A stretch of DNA of 64,000 bases from Candidatus Latescibacterota bacterium (GCA_965197905.1 CBDAOB010000005.1:1248001-1312000); one strand, 5' to 3'. Shown: positions 49,319 through 59,231, numbered from the stretch's first letter. Notes: generated by a model not told the origin, from the letters alone. Numbers and translations are program-made.

Positions 49319-50224
49319 CTACAGATCGAGGGCTACGGGTGTCGAGGTACGCAGCGCGCGCCGCAAGACGCGCAATAACTTCGACCGCAAAACGATCTCG
49401 TCCCAGGGTGGAACGCCTGGCTTGGGTTGGGCCAGCTGTGCGACAAAATCTTCGAGCCAGGTTGGCTCGGCGAACTGCCCAGTGTGTGGATGCAGGTGCA
49501 AACCGTCCTGTCGCACGACCGCCGAGGAGCTCGAGAGCCCCTCCGTGTAGACGACACCTCCGGTTCCCGCAACGGTGAGCTCTTGATTCAGCGGAAGGTG
49601 AACTGGCGCCATCAGAAGCTGGGCTGTCGCTCTCCCGATTCCTGCCGTTATGGCAAGATGGTGTTTGGAACGTTCCTTCGTGGCGGTGGCAAGCAGGAAC
49701 TGAAGATCGGAGCCGATCAGATCGACCGCCATATCGACGGCGTCCCACGCTGCCCACCACGCGGGTAAGAGACTGCTGCCTCCTCCCCGAAGGTGGCGGA
49801 GGTAAACCGCCTGGCCGAATGCTGGCTTGCGGCATTCCCGTTGCACGGTTCTGTAATGGTTGCTGAAGCGGAATTGCCCTCCGCTTGCCACACAAATATT
49901 TTGCCTTGCTGCCATTTCAGCCAACTGGTCATGCTCGGTTTTCGATAGGGCTACGGGGCCAGCCGCGAGAACATGAATCCCTTGTTCCACACACCGGAAC
50001 AGGTCTCGCTTCAGCGCAGAATACGGCGTTAGAAAGCAGCATACTCCAGACGCCACGTGCTGGAGCACGACGCCCAACTCGTCAAACACCGGTATCGAGC
50101 CGATATCCAAACGGGTACGTCCAAGGATCATTACCCCCGAGATCTCAAGGGACTCGCAAAGTACTTGGACCGCATCTTTCTGCGCCGCACTGGCTACGAG
50201 AGCTATGGGAGGGGCGGTGGACAT
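49319..50224 (-). CDS. Divergent Gfo/Idh/MocA-like protein
   Basis: G.HVL..GP in place of EKP, RF; coupled to the upstream Gfo gene. Confidence 0.55.
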   Translation of the reverse strand: MSTAPPIALVASAAQKDAVQVLCESLEISGVMILGRTRLDIGSIPVFDELGVVLQHVASGVCCFLTPYSALKRDLFRCVEQGIHVLAAGPVALSKTEHDQLAEMAARQNICVASGGQFRFSNHYRTVQRECRKPAFGQAVYLRHLRGGGSSLLPAWWAAWDAVDMAVDLIGSDLQFLLATATKERSKHHLAITAGIGRATAQLLMAPVHLPLNQELTVAGTGGVVYTEGLSSSSAVVRQDGLHLHPHTGQFAEPTWLEDFVAQLAQPKPGVPPWDEIVLRSKLLRVLRRALRTSTPVALDL

Positions 50225-51369
50225 CAGGATGCGGCGGCCTCCATAGGTAAGCTGACTACCTGATTCTGCATCACCGATAAATAGCCGGCGGTTAGAATCT
50301 CCATATTGTCGCGGGCGTCCGCGACGGTGTAAGACGTATGGCGGTCGTTGTCCATAGCCCCAAGCAGATCCTCGAGGGCGGCGGCGAATCCGACGCTATC
50401 AGGGACCGCTGTCGTCGTTGGAGTCGGAGATCTGCTGTGCCACATCATCGGGTCTTTGGGGGGGATGCTGTAGTCGGCGCCGACGATCTCCTCCCTTAGG
50501 AAGCTATTGACGGTAGGTCCCTTGCCATCAACGACCGCGCTTCCCAAGCTGCCAACGAGATATGCCTTCGAGGGACCGCCCTGCGGGTGGGTTGCAACCC
50601 CGATGCGGCCACCGCAAACCGTGGCGATGCGGCCGGAGTCGTCTGTCATGGTCAAGGTGCCAAAATCGTCAGCACCATGGGACGCGTGCTCGGGGAAGAA
50701 GTGGGCCCCGGCGCGTCCGTAGACCTTTCTTATGGGGCCCAGACAGGTCTGCACCAATCCGACGCCGTAGGCGCCGACGCAAAGAAGCTCCCGTTTGATG
50801 TCGGGAAACTTCCAGCGTCCCGGCCCTAGAAAGGTGGGAGTAGCGCTCGAATCGATCGGCCGTGGCCAGCCCTTGGAGAACAAACCGTCGGCGTGGACGC
50901 CGAGAAGGGTCCCCAACGAATTCGACTCCAATATGGATTGGCTCTGCCTGGCCAGCTCACCATAGGTGAAGCTCGGAATGATCGAACAGACGCCAGCGCG
51001 ATCGACGGCGGAGACCACCGCATCGCACTCGTCGACTGTCGCCCCGATGAACTTGTCGATCCACAGCGCCTTGCCGGCGGCGGCAGCACGTTGGGCCAGG
51101 CCGGCGCGTTTTTCGATTTCGTGACCGATACTCACGATGTGAACCCGATCGTCTTCGAGCCCACGATCCACATCTTCGAGGTAGGGGACGCCCAGGCGCG
51201 CCGCCCAATCGCGATTGGCTACCGCAAGATCCTCCTCGATGTCCGCGTCATCGGCGACGGCGACGATTTCGATGCGAGGATGATCCTGGTAGAGGGGGAC
51301 GAAGCTCGGTTGGTGGCTGTACTTGCTGAAGCTTACCAGCAAAACTCCGTATCTCTCGAGGTCGGTCAA
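50224..51369 (-). CDS. Gfo/Idh/MocA family oxidoreductase
   Basis: IVAVAD, AAAAGK.LWIDK, overall Gfo layout. Confidence 0.75.
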   Translation of the reverse strand: MTDLERYGVLLVSFSKYSHQPSFVPLYQDHPRIEIVAVADDADIEEDLAVANRDWAARLGVPYLEDVDRGLEDDRVHIVSIGHEIEKRAGLAQRAAAAGKALWIDKFIGATVDECDAVVSAVDRAGVCSIIPSFTYGELARQSQSILESNSLGTLLGVHADGLFSKGWPRPIDSSATPTFLGPGRWKFPDIKRELLCVGAYGVGLVQTCLGPIRKVYGRAGAHFFPEHASHGADDFGTLTMTDDSGRIATVCGGRIGVATHPQGGPSKAYLVGSLGSAVVDGKGPTVNSFLREEIVGADYSIPPKDPMMWHSRSPTPTTTAVPDSVGFAAALEDLLGAMDNDRHTSYTVADARDNMEILTAGYLSVMQNQVVSLPMEAAAS

Positions 51370-51439
51370 CGGCGAATCAGTTTTTTGGGAGAATAGATGA
51401 ATGAGGCCGGCATTTCGAATCGATGCCGGTCGGAACTGG

Positions 51440-51976
51440 CTACCAGCGCGTCAAGTTGCCCATGATCTTGTCCAGATCAGTCTGCAGACCCTTCTTTTCC
51501 GTTTCCAGCTCGCGAATACGGTTTTCGCTTTCTTCGAGCGATCCGGAAAGATTCTTCATGGCGTCTTCCAGCTCAGCTGCTTTTTCAGCCAACTTAGCGC
51601 TCTGTTCCGTTGCCTGTGAGCGTTGCTTCTGGCGTTCGTCGAGCTCCTGGCGCAAGGTGGACAGCCGGATCTCCATATCGTGAATCGTTTTGTCAGCGTC
51701 CTCCTGGACCTTCTTGCGTTCCTGGTCCAGTTCCTGCTGGATGCGATTCTGTTCTTCCTGCAGTTTTCTTTCCTGTGCCTTCAATTCCTCGTAGACAGCC
51801 GAAAGTTTTTCCTCGACGGCCTCTCGCTCCTGTGCGCTAGTATGCACCTGTTTCTCCGCCTCTTGCTTGACGGCGACTTCGATGTCGAGCATTTGGTGCA
51901 AGCGTGCAATCTCATCACGTTGTCGGGTGAGTTCAGTTTTTAATCTACCGGCAGTTAGGAAGGCGAATATTCCCAT
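51440..51976 (-). CDS. Coiled-coil protein with a short hydrophobic N-terminal peptide
   Basis: MGIFAFL followed by about 165 aa of E/Q/K-rich heptads; GAGGG RBS. Confidence 0.8.
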   Translation of the reverse strand: MGIFAFLTAGRLKTELTRQRDEIARLHQMLDIEVAVKQEAEKQVHTSAQEREAVEEKLSAVYEELKAQERKLQEEQNRIQQELDQERKKVQEDADKTIHDMEIRLSTLRQELDERQKQRSQATEQSAKLAEKAAELEDAMKNLSGSLEESENRIRELETEKKGLQTDLDKIMGNLTRW

Positions 51977-52053
51977 TGAGTTTCCCTCTTACGCAGCTAA
52001 CCGCACATTTCGGGGGAGTCGGGGGGAGAACCGAAGAAAACTGAGCCGGCGAC

Positions 52054-53142
52054 CTAGGAGACCTTGCCGGCTTGGCGCCACTCGGAATCGGGCATGTCAG
52101 TAGCCAGCTTCAGCGCTCCAACGGCTCCGGCGTACACCGGGTCTTCCACCGTCGACACCTTACACGGACCAAACTCGCTCAGGTTCGAACGCACCTCTTC
52201 CGCAAGGGCGCGAATCTGACTGCCGCCTCCGGCGAGCAATATGTTCTGCCGCAGATCGTGTTGGTACTCCGGATCGAACGTAACGATCAGTTCCCGGGCG
52301 CTCTCGATCAGATCGGGCATGACACTTTCGCAAGCTTCCCTCACTTCCTCGGTTACGTCGTAGGTCTTCGGTTTTCCGTTGACCTAGAAATCGACGTAGA
52401 TCACTTCTTTCTGCGAGGAAACGAAAGCGTACTGTTCCTTGATGCGGCGCGCATTTTCCAGGGTGATGGGCGAATCCTTGATCTTCTCCTGAAGCAGCAT
52501 GTGCAGGCGCGAATCTACGAAGTTGCCGGCTTTGACCAACGTCCGTTGGTCTTCCTCGCTGGGGATCGTACCGTGCATGCGACAGAGATCTAAGGTGCCC
52601 GCCCCGATGTCGATAATCAGCGCGCTATTGAACAGATCCAAGCCATACGCGACAAGAAATGGCTCAGAGGCTATGAGCACATAATCAACCAGACCGCTTA
52701 CCGCGTCGGCCAACGCTTGCCGGTCCTCGGTGGAGGCGCGGGCCGGACATCCGATGACGACCCGAAGTTCCTGATTCGGCTGGCGTTCGGCTAATTCGAG
52801 TATGAAGGTGACCAGGTGGTTGATCGCCTCCGCATCCCGGTTCAAATCCTGATCCTCGGCCTCTTCCGGCGATGCGCGATATCTAAAAACACCATTCTCC
52901 AATGGCCAGATCATGTCGACGGCCATGCGGTTCTTCAGACATTCCTCGCCGATCACTACCCGTTTTCCGAGGAACTTGTAAGATATTAGGTCCTTCGGCC
53001 AACCGACGACGCTGCTGACTGTTCGTTTGATCTGTGTGTTTGTGGCGATAGAACTCTGCGATGTGCCCAGGTCTATGCCAATGCAGAGGATATCGGATTT
53101 GGAGGACTTATCCAAAGCTCCTTCCGCCTCGGCACTTGCCAT
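52054..53142 (-). CDS. MamK-like bacterial actin, interrupted by an in-frame TAG at codon 253 (52384-52386)
   Basis: GIDLGTS, SVVGWPKD, SEPFLVAYG, DIGAGT, EDQ.TL.KAGN, KEQY.FV, then in frame after the TAG: GKP..DVTE, FDPEYQ, NILLAGGGS, GALKLA..W. These are collinear with MamK as I recall it. Confidence 0.82.
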
Positions 53143-53198
53143 ATTCAAATGCTCCCCGAAAAATACGTCAAAATCATGTGTAAATCTCTATTTCGCAC

Positions 53199-53228
53199 AA
53201 TGTAAGAGCAATACTGGAGGACTGTCAA
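53199..53228 (-). promoter_or_regulatory. sigma70 promoter for the MamK-like gene
   Basis: TTGACA-18nt-TACATT; GGGGAG RBS before ATG 53142. Confidence 0.6.
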
Positions 53229-53388
53229 GCAAAAGTTTCCTCAGGCATACTCACGGTGATGTGAATGGCGAAAAGGGCGAATGTGTTCACGGCATGCGGC
53301 CACTACCGAAAGAAGCAGCTGCCAACGGCTCGCAACCTCTTTCTTGCCGACAATCGAAGAGTTTATACAATTCTGTAGGGACCAGTTC

Positions 53389-56300
53389 ATGCTCTACTTG
53401 GCGATTATCACAGGGTTGGCGGCCGTTGGTTACGGTGGTGCGCAAGCCTCGTCTGTCCCCACCCATGCACCCAGCGAGATCCTGGTTCGCTTCCGTGCCC
53501 CGAGTGCCAAGATATCCGCCGCCGCCCACGACGAGGTCGAACGACTGAACCGTCTCTTCGGGCTTGTGGCGGAGGTGCCGGTGTTACCAGTTAACTCCTT
53601 GCCGGGCAGTGCGAAGACCGCTGGCGGGAGCACACTGGAGAGATGGCGGTTGTTGCGTTTTTCCCCGGGGACCGCCGCCGATTCGCTCGTGCTGTATTAT
53701 TCGATGTTGAAAACTGTCGAGCGAGTCCAGCCAAATTACCTCCGACGGTTTGCCAGTACGCCCAACGATTCACTCTTTCGGCGGCAGTGGAATCTCTCCC
53801 ACATTGGCTGGACGGAGGTCGAACCGGTCGATGCCAGCCACCTCATCGTTGCGGTCATCGATTCTGGTCTGGACTACCGTCACCCCGACATCGTTGACCA
53901 GGTGTGGACCAATGAAGGGGAAATCCCCGGTGCGCCGGGTGTCGACGACGACAGCAACGGATACGTAGATGATTTCCTCGGTTGGGATTTTACCCATGCC
54001 CCAGGATTCGCGGCACAAGGGGATTATCTAGATCGCGATGGCGATCCCATGGATGAGTCCGGACATGGAACCCACGTCGCTGGCATCATCGCCGCAACGA
54101 GCGACAACGAACTGGGAATAGCAGGTGTGGCCCATGGGGTCCGGATCATGCCGCTGCGAGCCGGCTTCAATCTGGCTGCGGGTGGCTTCCTGGAGGATGA
54201 CGACCTCGCCGCTGCCATTGTCTACGCGGCGGACAACGGCGCGGACATCCTGAACATGAGTTGGGGCGATCCTCAGTTCTCGCCGCTGATTCGCGATGTG
54301 ATTCGCTACGCCCGCAGCAGAGGCTGCGTTCTGGTGGCGGCGGCGGGCAATGATGGCGGCGATGCGGTCTTCTATCCCGCGAAGCTGGACGAGACGATTG
54401 CGGTAGCAGCCAGCGGAACAGGCGATTCCGTGCCGGCCTTCACCAACCGCGGATCAAGTATCGATGTCGCGGCGCCGGGGATCGGGATCTGGAGCCTGGC
54501 GCCTGGTGGTTCCTACGCCGAGCGGACCGGCACCTCCATGGCGGCCGCCCACATTTCCGGGATTGCGGCAGCGTTCATGGCGCAAGGTGCTGGCCTGGAC
54601 GCCGCTCAGGTAAGGGCGGCGCTCGCATTGAGCGCGCGTGACGTAGGGTCGTCCGGATGGGATGACCGCACCGGTGCCGGCATCGCCAACATCGATGCAT
54701 CTACCCCGTCGCCGCCGGTGGTGGCGATCGCTAAGCCGTCAGTTGATGATCTTCTTGTCGATCGCATCGGAATTGAGCTAACCCTTGCTGGAAGCGTAGG
54801 CAGATTGGATGTAAGCTGGCGCGCCCTCGAAGAAAGCTCGACATGGAACCGGCTTTTCGCGGGAGCGGCATCGCAGGTAAGCGCGGAAAACCTGATGTGG
54901 GATGTTTCGACCTTGCCGGAGGGCAGCTACGAAATCCGCGCGCGTGCGTTGCAGCACGATCTTCAAGACCGCGTGGAGGTCCGGGTGCAGCGTACGCCGC
55001 CGCGGATAACGCAGGTCGAGCTCACGCCTGTGTTGGACGGGCCCAAGTGGGACTATCTCTTGGAATGGGAGACGGATGAGCCGTCAGGCGGCGAGGTTGT
55101 GATCGTCGCTGACGTCGGGAGCGTGCCGGTCAGAACCTTGCCGGTACCCGCACGTTCCCGCAGCCATTCCCTGACCTTGGGTTCTGATCTGGATCGCGGG
55201 GAATACCGCGTACATCTACGTCCGCGCTCGGGACAGCTGCAAGGGGTCGAATTCGAAGCGGGCGGTTTTGCTGTCGACGCTCGTCAGTTCCCGCAGTGGA
55301 ATTCCGTTCTTCGTGGCAGGTTAGCAGACGGCTACCTCATGCCGATGTTTTCCGACTTCAACACCAACGGGGTTGCGGAACTCGTGCAAATGACGATGGG
55401 CGGGACGCCACAATACGGCCAGGCCGTGTTCCATGAACCGGGGACCGAAGGGTTTAGGGAGGTGTTTCGCAGCTCGAGGTTATTCATCCCGTGGAACACC
55501 CACGACCTCGATCGCGATGGGCTGCCCGAATTGATGGCCGTAGATGCCCAGAGGGTCAGGTTGCTGGAGCCCGAAAACGAGGGTCGATTCCCGCAACAGG
55601 TTGTCTGGGAACGACGAGACGTTTGGGGTGGCGAGGTGGGTGACCTTGATAGCGATGGCAATCAGGAGATGTTTCTCCGGTCCAGCAACGCCGACCTGAT
55701 TCATGTCTTCGAGAACCAACGAGACAATGACTTTTCCGAGATCACCGTGCTCACCAATCCCACAACGGGCACCAACGAGTTGGGAGATCGGCAGCTAGTC
55801 GGCGACTTCGACGACGACGGACGCGCGGAGTTGTTGGTGGGAGACGGGGACGGCGACCTCTTCATCTTCGAAGGTTTTGGCGACGACCGTCAGCGGATGT
55901 CGTGGCGGCGCGATCAGAGCGGTAACTCAGACGGTCGGGTGGTGGGCGGGGGAACGGATATAGATGGGGATTCGCGGGTAGAGTTTGTCGTCGCTCATCT
56001 GCTCCTGAACCCAGTGCGTCCCGACCTTCAGCGCTGGACCGTATCCGTATTCCAATCGGTGGGAGACAACGAGTTTACCCGCGAGTGGTCTGTGGAGGTA
56101 AAGGGTGGCCGGTCTAACGGTAACGGGATTGCCAGCGGCGACTTGAACGGCGATGGATTGCCGGAACTCGTTCTGGCTCTGGTGCCCGATCTCTATGTCG
56201 TCTCAGCAACGGGTGTCGACACCTATGAACCGGTGTGGCACTCCACCATTGGCAACGCTCGAAGAACTGTCATTGGAGATCTGACGGCATCCGGCGATAT

Positions 56301-57465
56301 GGCGATCGCTTACAATACCGCCAACGGCATCGAGATTCGGTCGATGGTCTCAAGCCCCGAGATCTTGTTGGCGCCGGTGGGAGTGCGTGGCTTCGCAGGC
56401 CCCGACGGGCAAATCGCCGTCTTTTGGGAGACCATCAAAGGGGCCGCGGCATATCGAGTTTTTCGTGATGGCCTCTTGCGCCAGGACAATCTGACGGGAA
56501 CGGAGTATCTCGACCAACGGACCCAGGCAGGTCGGGTTTACGAATATTCGGTGGCGGCGATCGACGAGCGGGGGATCGAGGGTGAGAGGAGTCATAAGTT
56601 CAAGATCGAGGCACGTCCGCTGGCGCAGGTAATAGCAGTCGAGCGGGTATCGGCGACGCACCTTGCAGTTCAGTTCGGCGAGTCGATGGAACCGCTCGAA
56701 GCGCACCGATTCGACCTCGATCCGGGTATTGGAAAACCCACATCGGTCACCCAGGATCGTCAAGATTCGAGGGTCGTACTCGGCTTCGAATCAGCACTGC
56801 CCGATTCCGGCACGTTTGAGCTGGTTTTGGTTGGCGTGAAGGCGGCGGACGGCACGCCATTGGCGTCATCCAGCGCTCGCTTACCTGTGCAGCTGAAGCC
56901 GTATCTCGCGGTTGTTCAGATCGTAGATGCGGTCGTGATCAACTCCCTGAGAATCGAGTTGCAATTCGACGGCGGGGTTCGGTACGACGGCGCAGACAGT
57001 ACCTTTTCCTTCGTCGGAGGTGACATCCACATACGCGATGTGGAGATGATAGCGGAGGATCGGCTGGGAATCGACCTGGACGATTTGACGCCGATACGGG
57101 CCCGAGGGGAGACCTTTCAGCTGGTCATTTCCGGGTTGCTCGACGCCAACGGCAATCTGATCAGCGAGCGCGTCCCTCTGCGCGCGACTGCCACCGATCT
57201 CGCAGACGTGATGGTGTTCCCCAATCCGTTCGTGCCCGACCGCGGCGACCTGGTTTTCGCCAACCTGACCGAATCGGCTACCATCCGCATCTACAACCTT
57301 GCCGGGCAGCTTGTCCGCACGCTCGTGGAGGACAACAAGGATGGCGGCCTCGAATGGGACGGCAGCAACGACCGCGGCAGGCCGGTGGACTCGGGAGTCT
57401 ACTACTTTACCGCGTCTTCCGGCAAGGAATCGGTCCGTGGAAAATTCGCCGTTGTCGCGGATTAG
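53389..57465 (+). CDS. Secreted S8 subtilisin-like peptidase with FG-GAP/VCBS repeats, FN3/Ig-like domains and a C-terminal FlgD-Ig/T9SS-like domain
   Basis: VIDSG, HGTHVAG, AAGN, GTSMA; D.D.DG..E repeats; FPNPF...IYNLAGQLVRTL...WDG...SGVY. Confidence 0.9.
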   Translation: MLYLAIITGLAAVGYGGAQASSVPTHAPSEILVRFRAPSAKISAAAHDEVERLNRLFGLVAEVPVLPVNSLPGSAKTAGGSTLERWRLLRFSPGTAADSLVLYYSMLKTVERVQPNYLRRFASTPNDSLFRRQWNLSHIGWTEVEPVDASHLIVAVIDSGLDYRHPDIVDQVWTNEGEIPGAPGVDDDSNGYVDDFLGWDFTHAPGFAAQGDYLDRDGDPMDESGHGTHVAGIIAATSDNELGIAGVAHGVRIMPLRAGFNLAAGGFLEDDDLAAAIVYAADNGADILNMSWGDPQFSPLIRDVIRYARSRGCVLVAAAGNDGGDAVFYPAKLDETIAVAASGTGDSVPAFTNRGSSIDVAAPGIGIWSLAPGGSYAERTGTSMAAAHISGIAAAFMAQGAGLDAAQVRAALALSARDVGSSGWDDRTGAGIANIDASTPSPPVVAIAKPSVDDLLVDRIGIELTLAGSVGRLDVSWRALEESSTWNRLFAGAASQVSAENLMWDVSTLPEGSYEIRARALQHDLQDRVEVRVQRTPPRITQVELTPVLDGPKWDYLLEWETDEPSGGEVVIVADVGSVPVRTLPVPARSRSHSLTLGSDLDRGEYRVHLRPRSGQLQGVEFEAGGFAVDARQFPQWNSVLRGRLADGYLMPMFSDFNTNGVAELVQMTMGGTPQYGQAVFHEPGTEGFREVFRSSRLFIPWNTHDLDRDGLPELMAVDAQRVRLLEPENEGRFPQQVVWERRDVWGGEVGDLDSDGNQEMFLRSSNADLIHVFENQRDNDFSEITVLTNPTTGTNELGDRQLVGDFDDDGRAELLVGDGDGDLFIFEGFGDDRQRMSWRRDQSGNSDGRVVGGGTDIDGDSRVEFVVAHLLLNPVRPDLQRWTVSVFQSVGDNEFTREWSVEVKGGRSNGNGIASGDLNGDGLPELVLALVPDLYVVSATGVDTYEPVWHSTIGNARRTVIGDLTASGDMAIAYNTANGIEIRSMVSSPEILLAPVGVRGFAGPDGQIAVFWETIKGAAAYRVFRDGLLRQDNLTGTEYLDQRTQAGRVYEYSVAAIDERGIEGERSHKFKIEARPLAQVIAVERVSATHLAVQFGESMEPLEAHRFDLDPGIGKPTSVTQDRQDSRVVLGFESALPDSGTFELVLVGVKAADGTPLASSSARLPVQLKPYLAVVQIVDAVVINSLRIELQFDGGVRYDGADSTFSFVGGDIHIRDVEMIAEDRLGIDLDDLTPIRARGETFQLVISGLLDANGNLISERVPLRATATDLADVMVFPNPFVPDRGDLVFANLTESATIRIYNLAGQLVRTLVEDNKDGGLEWDGSNDRGRPVDSGVYYFTASSGKESVRGKFAVVAD

Positions 57466-57495
57466 CAGCACCTGACTCGAGAAAGGGAACAGAAG

Positions 57496-58506
57496 ATGAT
57501 TCGCATAGGCATTGTCGGGCTCGGCTTCATGGGGGTGACCCACTACAAGGCGATACAGAAAGTCCGGGGAGGCAAAGTGGTGGCCGTCTGCACCCGAGAC
57601 CGGCGAAAGCTGGCCGGAGACTGGCGCGGTGTACAGGGGAACTTCGGCGGTAGCGGGGGTGTGCAGAATCTAGAATCCGTCGCCCGATATCGACAGGTCG
57701 ATGCGCTTTTCGCCGATGCGAATGTGGACCTGGTGGACATCTGCTTGCCAACGCGCATGCACTACGAAGCCTGCACCGCAGCGCTTACAGCTGGCAAACA
57801 TGTGTTGGTCGAAAAACCTATCTCGCTCTCGCCGCGGCAAGCCGATAGCATGGTAAACACGGCACGAAAAAAGAGACGGCTACTGATGGTTGCCCATGTC
57901 CTCCGTTTCTTTCCCGAATTCCGGTTGCTCAAGGAGATGTTGGAGAGCCGCGAGTACGGCAAGATTCAGGCGATGCACATGAAGCGGATTATTTCCAAGC
58001 CTGACTGGCGCGATCCCAAGGAAAACGGAGGACCGGCGATCGATCTGCACATTCACGACGTCGACTTTCTGCAATACCTGCTCGGGATGCCAACCGCGGT
58101 CACGTCGTCAGGGTATCTCGATCGCGGCGGTTTGGTGGAGTACGTGCACACCCAGTACGATTACGCTGGGAAACGGATGGCAGTGAGCGCCGAAAGCGGA
58201 TGGTTGTCGCAAGCCGGCTGCCCGTTCGAACACGGCTACGATGTCTACTTCGAAGACGCGACCCTCAAGTTCAATTCGAGCTCCGGGCAGCCTCCTCTAC
58301 TACTTACGCGGGACGGCAAGACGAGGCGCCCGAGGTTGAGTTCACGGGATGGATTCGTTGCTGAACTGCAGGAAGCGGTAGATTCGGTTCAAAACCGAAA
58401 ACCGTCGCGAATCATCGGTGGTCAGAGCGCTCGAAACTCGATCGCGATCTGCCTGAAGGAAATCGAGGCGGTGCAGAAAGGCCGGAGAGTCAGGATTGGA
58501 AAATGA
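57496..58506 (+). CDS. Gfo/Idh/MocA family oxidoreductase
   Basis: GLGFMG, GKHVLVEKP, DLHIHD.D. Confidence 0.92.
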   Translation: MIRIGIVGLGFMGVTHYKAIQKVRGGKVVAVCTRDRRKLAGDWRGVQGNFGGSGGVQNLESVARYRQVDALFADANVDLVDICLPTRMHYEACTAALTAGKHVLVEKPISLSPRQADSMVNTARKKRRLLMVAHVLRFFPEFRLLKEMLESREYGKIQAMHMKRIISKPDWRDPKENGGPAIDLHIHDVDFLQYLLGMPTAVTSSGYLDRGGLVEYVHTQYDYAGKRMAVSAESGWLSQAGCPFEHGYDVYFEDATLKFNSSSGQPPLLLTRDGKTRRPRLSSRDGFVAELQEAVDSVQNRKPSRIIGGQSARNSIAICLKEIEAVQKGRRVRIGK

Positions 58507-58511
58507 GCCGT

Positions 58512-58814
58512 TCAGGAAGGTTGCCAGGCGTTCAGCTCGGAAGCAAACTGGATATCCGCCCGCGTAACAGCTTTTGCACTGTGGGTCGTGACGGATGCAG
58601 AAACCGTTTTCGTGCCGGTGTTCAAACTGAAATCGGGATGGTGATTCATCTCGGTAATGGTTTTTACTAGATGGTTTAAGAAAGAAGTAATGTCGCGGAA
58701 ATTGCTGAAGGTGAAGTCGCGGGCGATGATCGTATCGGTCCGCGACCATCCCTCGAGTCGCTTCAATTCTTCATCAACTTCACTGGCGCTGAGTACCGTT
58801 TTGTCTTCTGCCAT
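58512..58814 (-). CDS. Pterin-4-alpha-carbinolamine dehydratase
   Basis: F.F.NF, NHHPD, TTHS. Confidence 0.85.
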   Translation of the reverse strand: MAEDKTVLSASEVDEELKRLEGWSRTDTIIARDFTFSNFRDITSFLNHLVKTITEMNHHPDFSLNTGTKTVSASVTTHSAKAVTRADIQFASELNAWQPS

Positions 58815-58881
58815 GTTTTGCGTCTCCTGATCGGCGTGTGGGGTGAATTTCCCGCGAGGCTCTCTCTATGTCAATCCTGCG

Positions 58882-58910
58882 TTGACGCCTGCCCCACTCG
58901 CCGCTAGGTT
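58882..58910 (+). promoter_or_regulatory. Putative sigma70 promoter for the FliN-like gene
   Basis: TTGACG-17nt-TAGGTT. Confidence 0.4.
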
Positions 58911-58951
58911 CGGGGAGTAGGCGAGTCGACGACGCAAAGGAACGGCAAACG

Positions 58952-59203
58952 ATGAGCAGTCCAACAGATCTTTCCCAGTTGCAGAATATGGATGTGCGGG
59001 TGTCGGTGGAATGGGGGCGGACCCGCATAACGCTGGAAGAGGCGCGGACGCTTGGCCCCGAAGCGATCCTCAAGGTCGATAGCGAGGTGGACGATCCGGT
59101 GGAGGTGCGGGTCAACGGCAAGTTGATCGGGCGCGGCAAGATGGTGCTCGTGGGCGACAGTTACGGCGTACAGATGACTCAGTTCGTGGATGGCGGTACC
59201 TGA
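58952..59203 (+). CDS. FliN/SpoA-domain protein
   Basis: V.VEWGRT, PVEVRVNGKLIGRG..V.V...YGV; AAGGA RBS. Confidence 0.85.
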   Translation: MSSPTDLSQLQNMDVRVSVEWGRTRITLEEARTLGPEAILKVDSEVDDPVEVRVNGKLIGRGKMVLVGDSYGVQMTQFVDGGT

Positions 59204-59231
59204 AGTGAGAGTGAACAATCCTTTGGTTGCC

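Noticed and set aside
52384..52386. Genome-wide TAG reassignment
   Set aside because: Many genes here end properly at TAG (recG, trpA, ispG, the actin itself), so any recoding would have to be site-specific
51440..53142. Magnetosome gene cluster
   Set aside because: No other mam/mms/feo genes are recognisable in the window; magnetotaxis cannot be claimed
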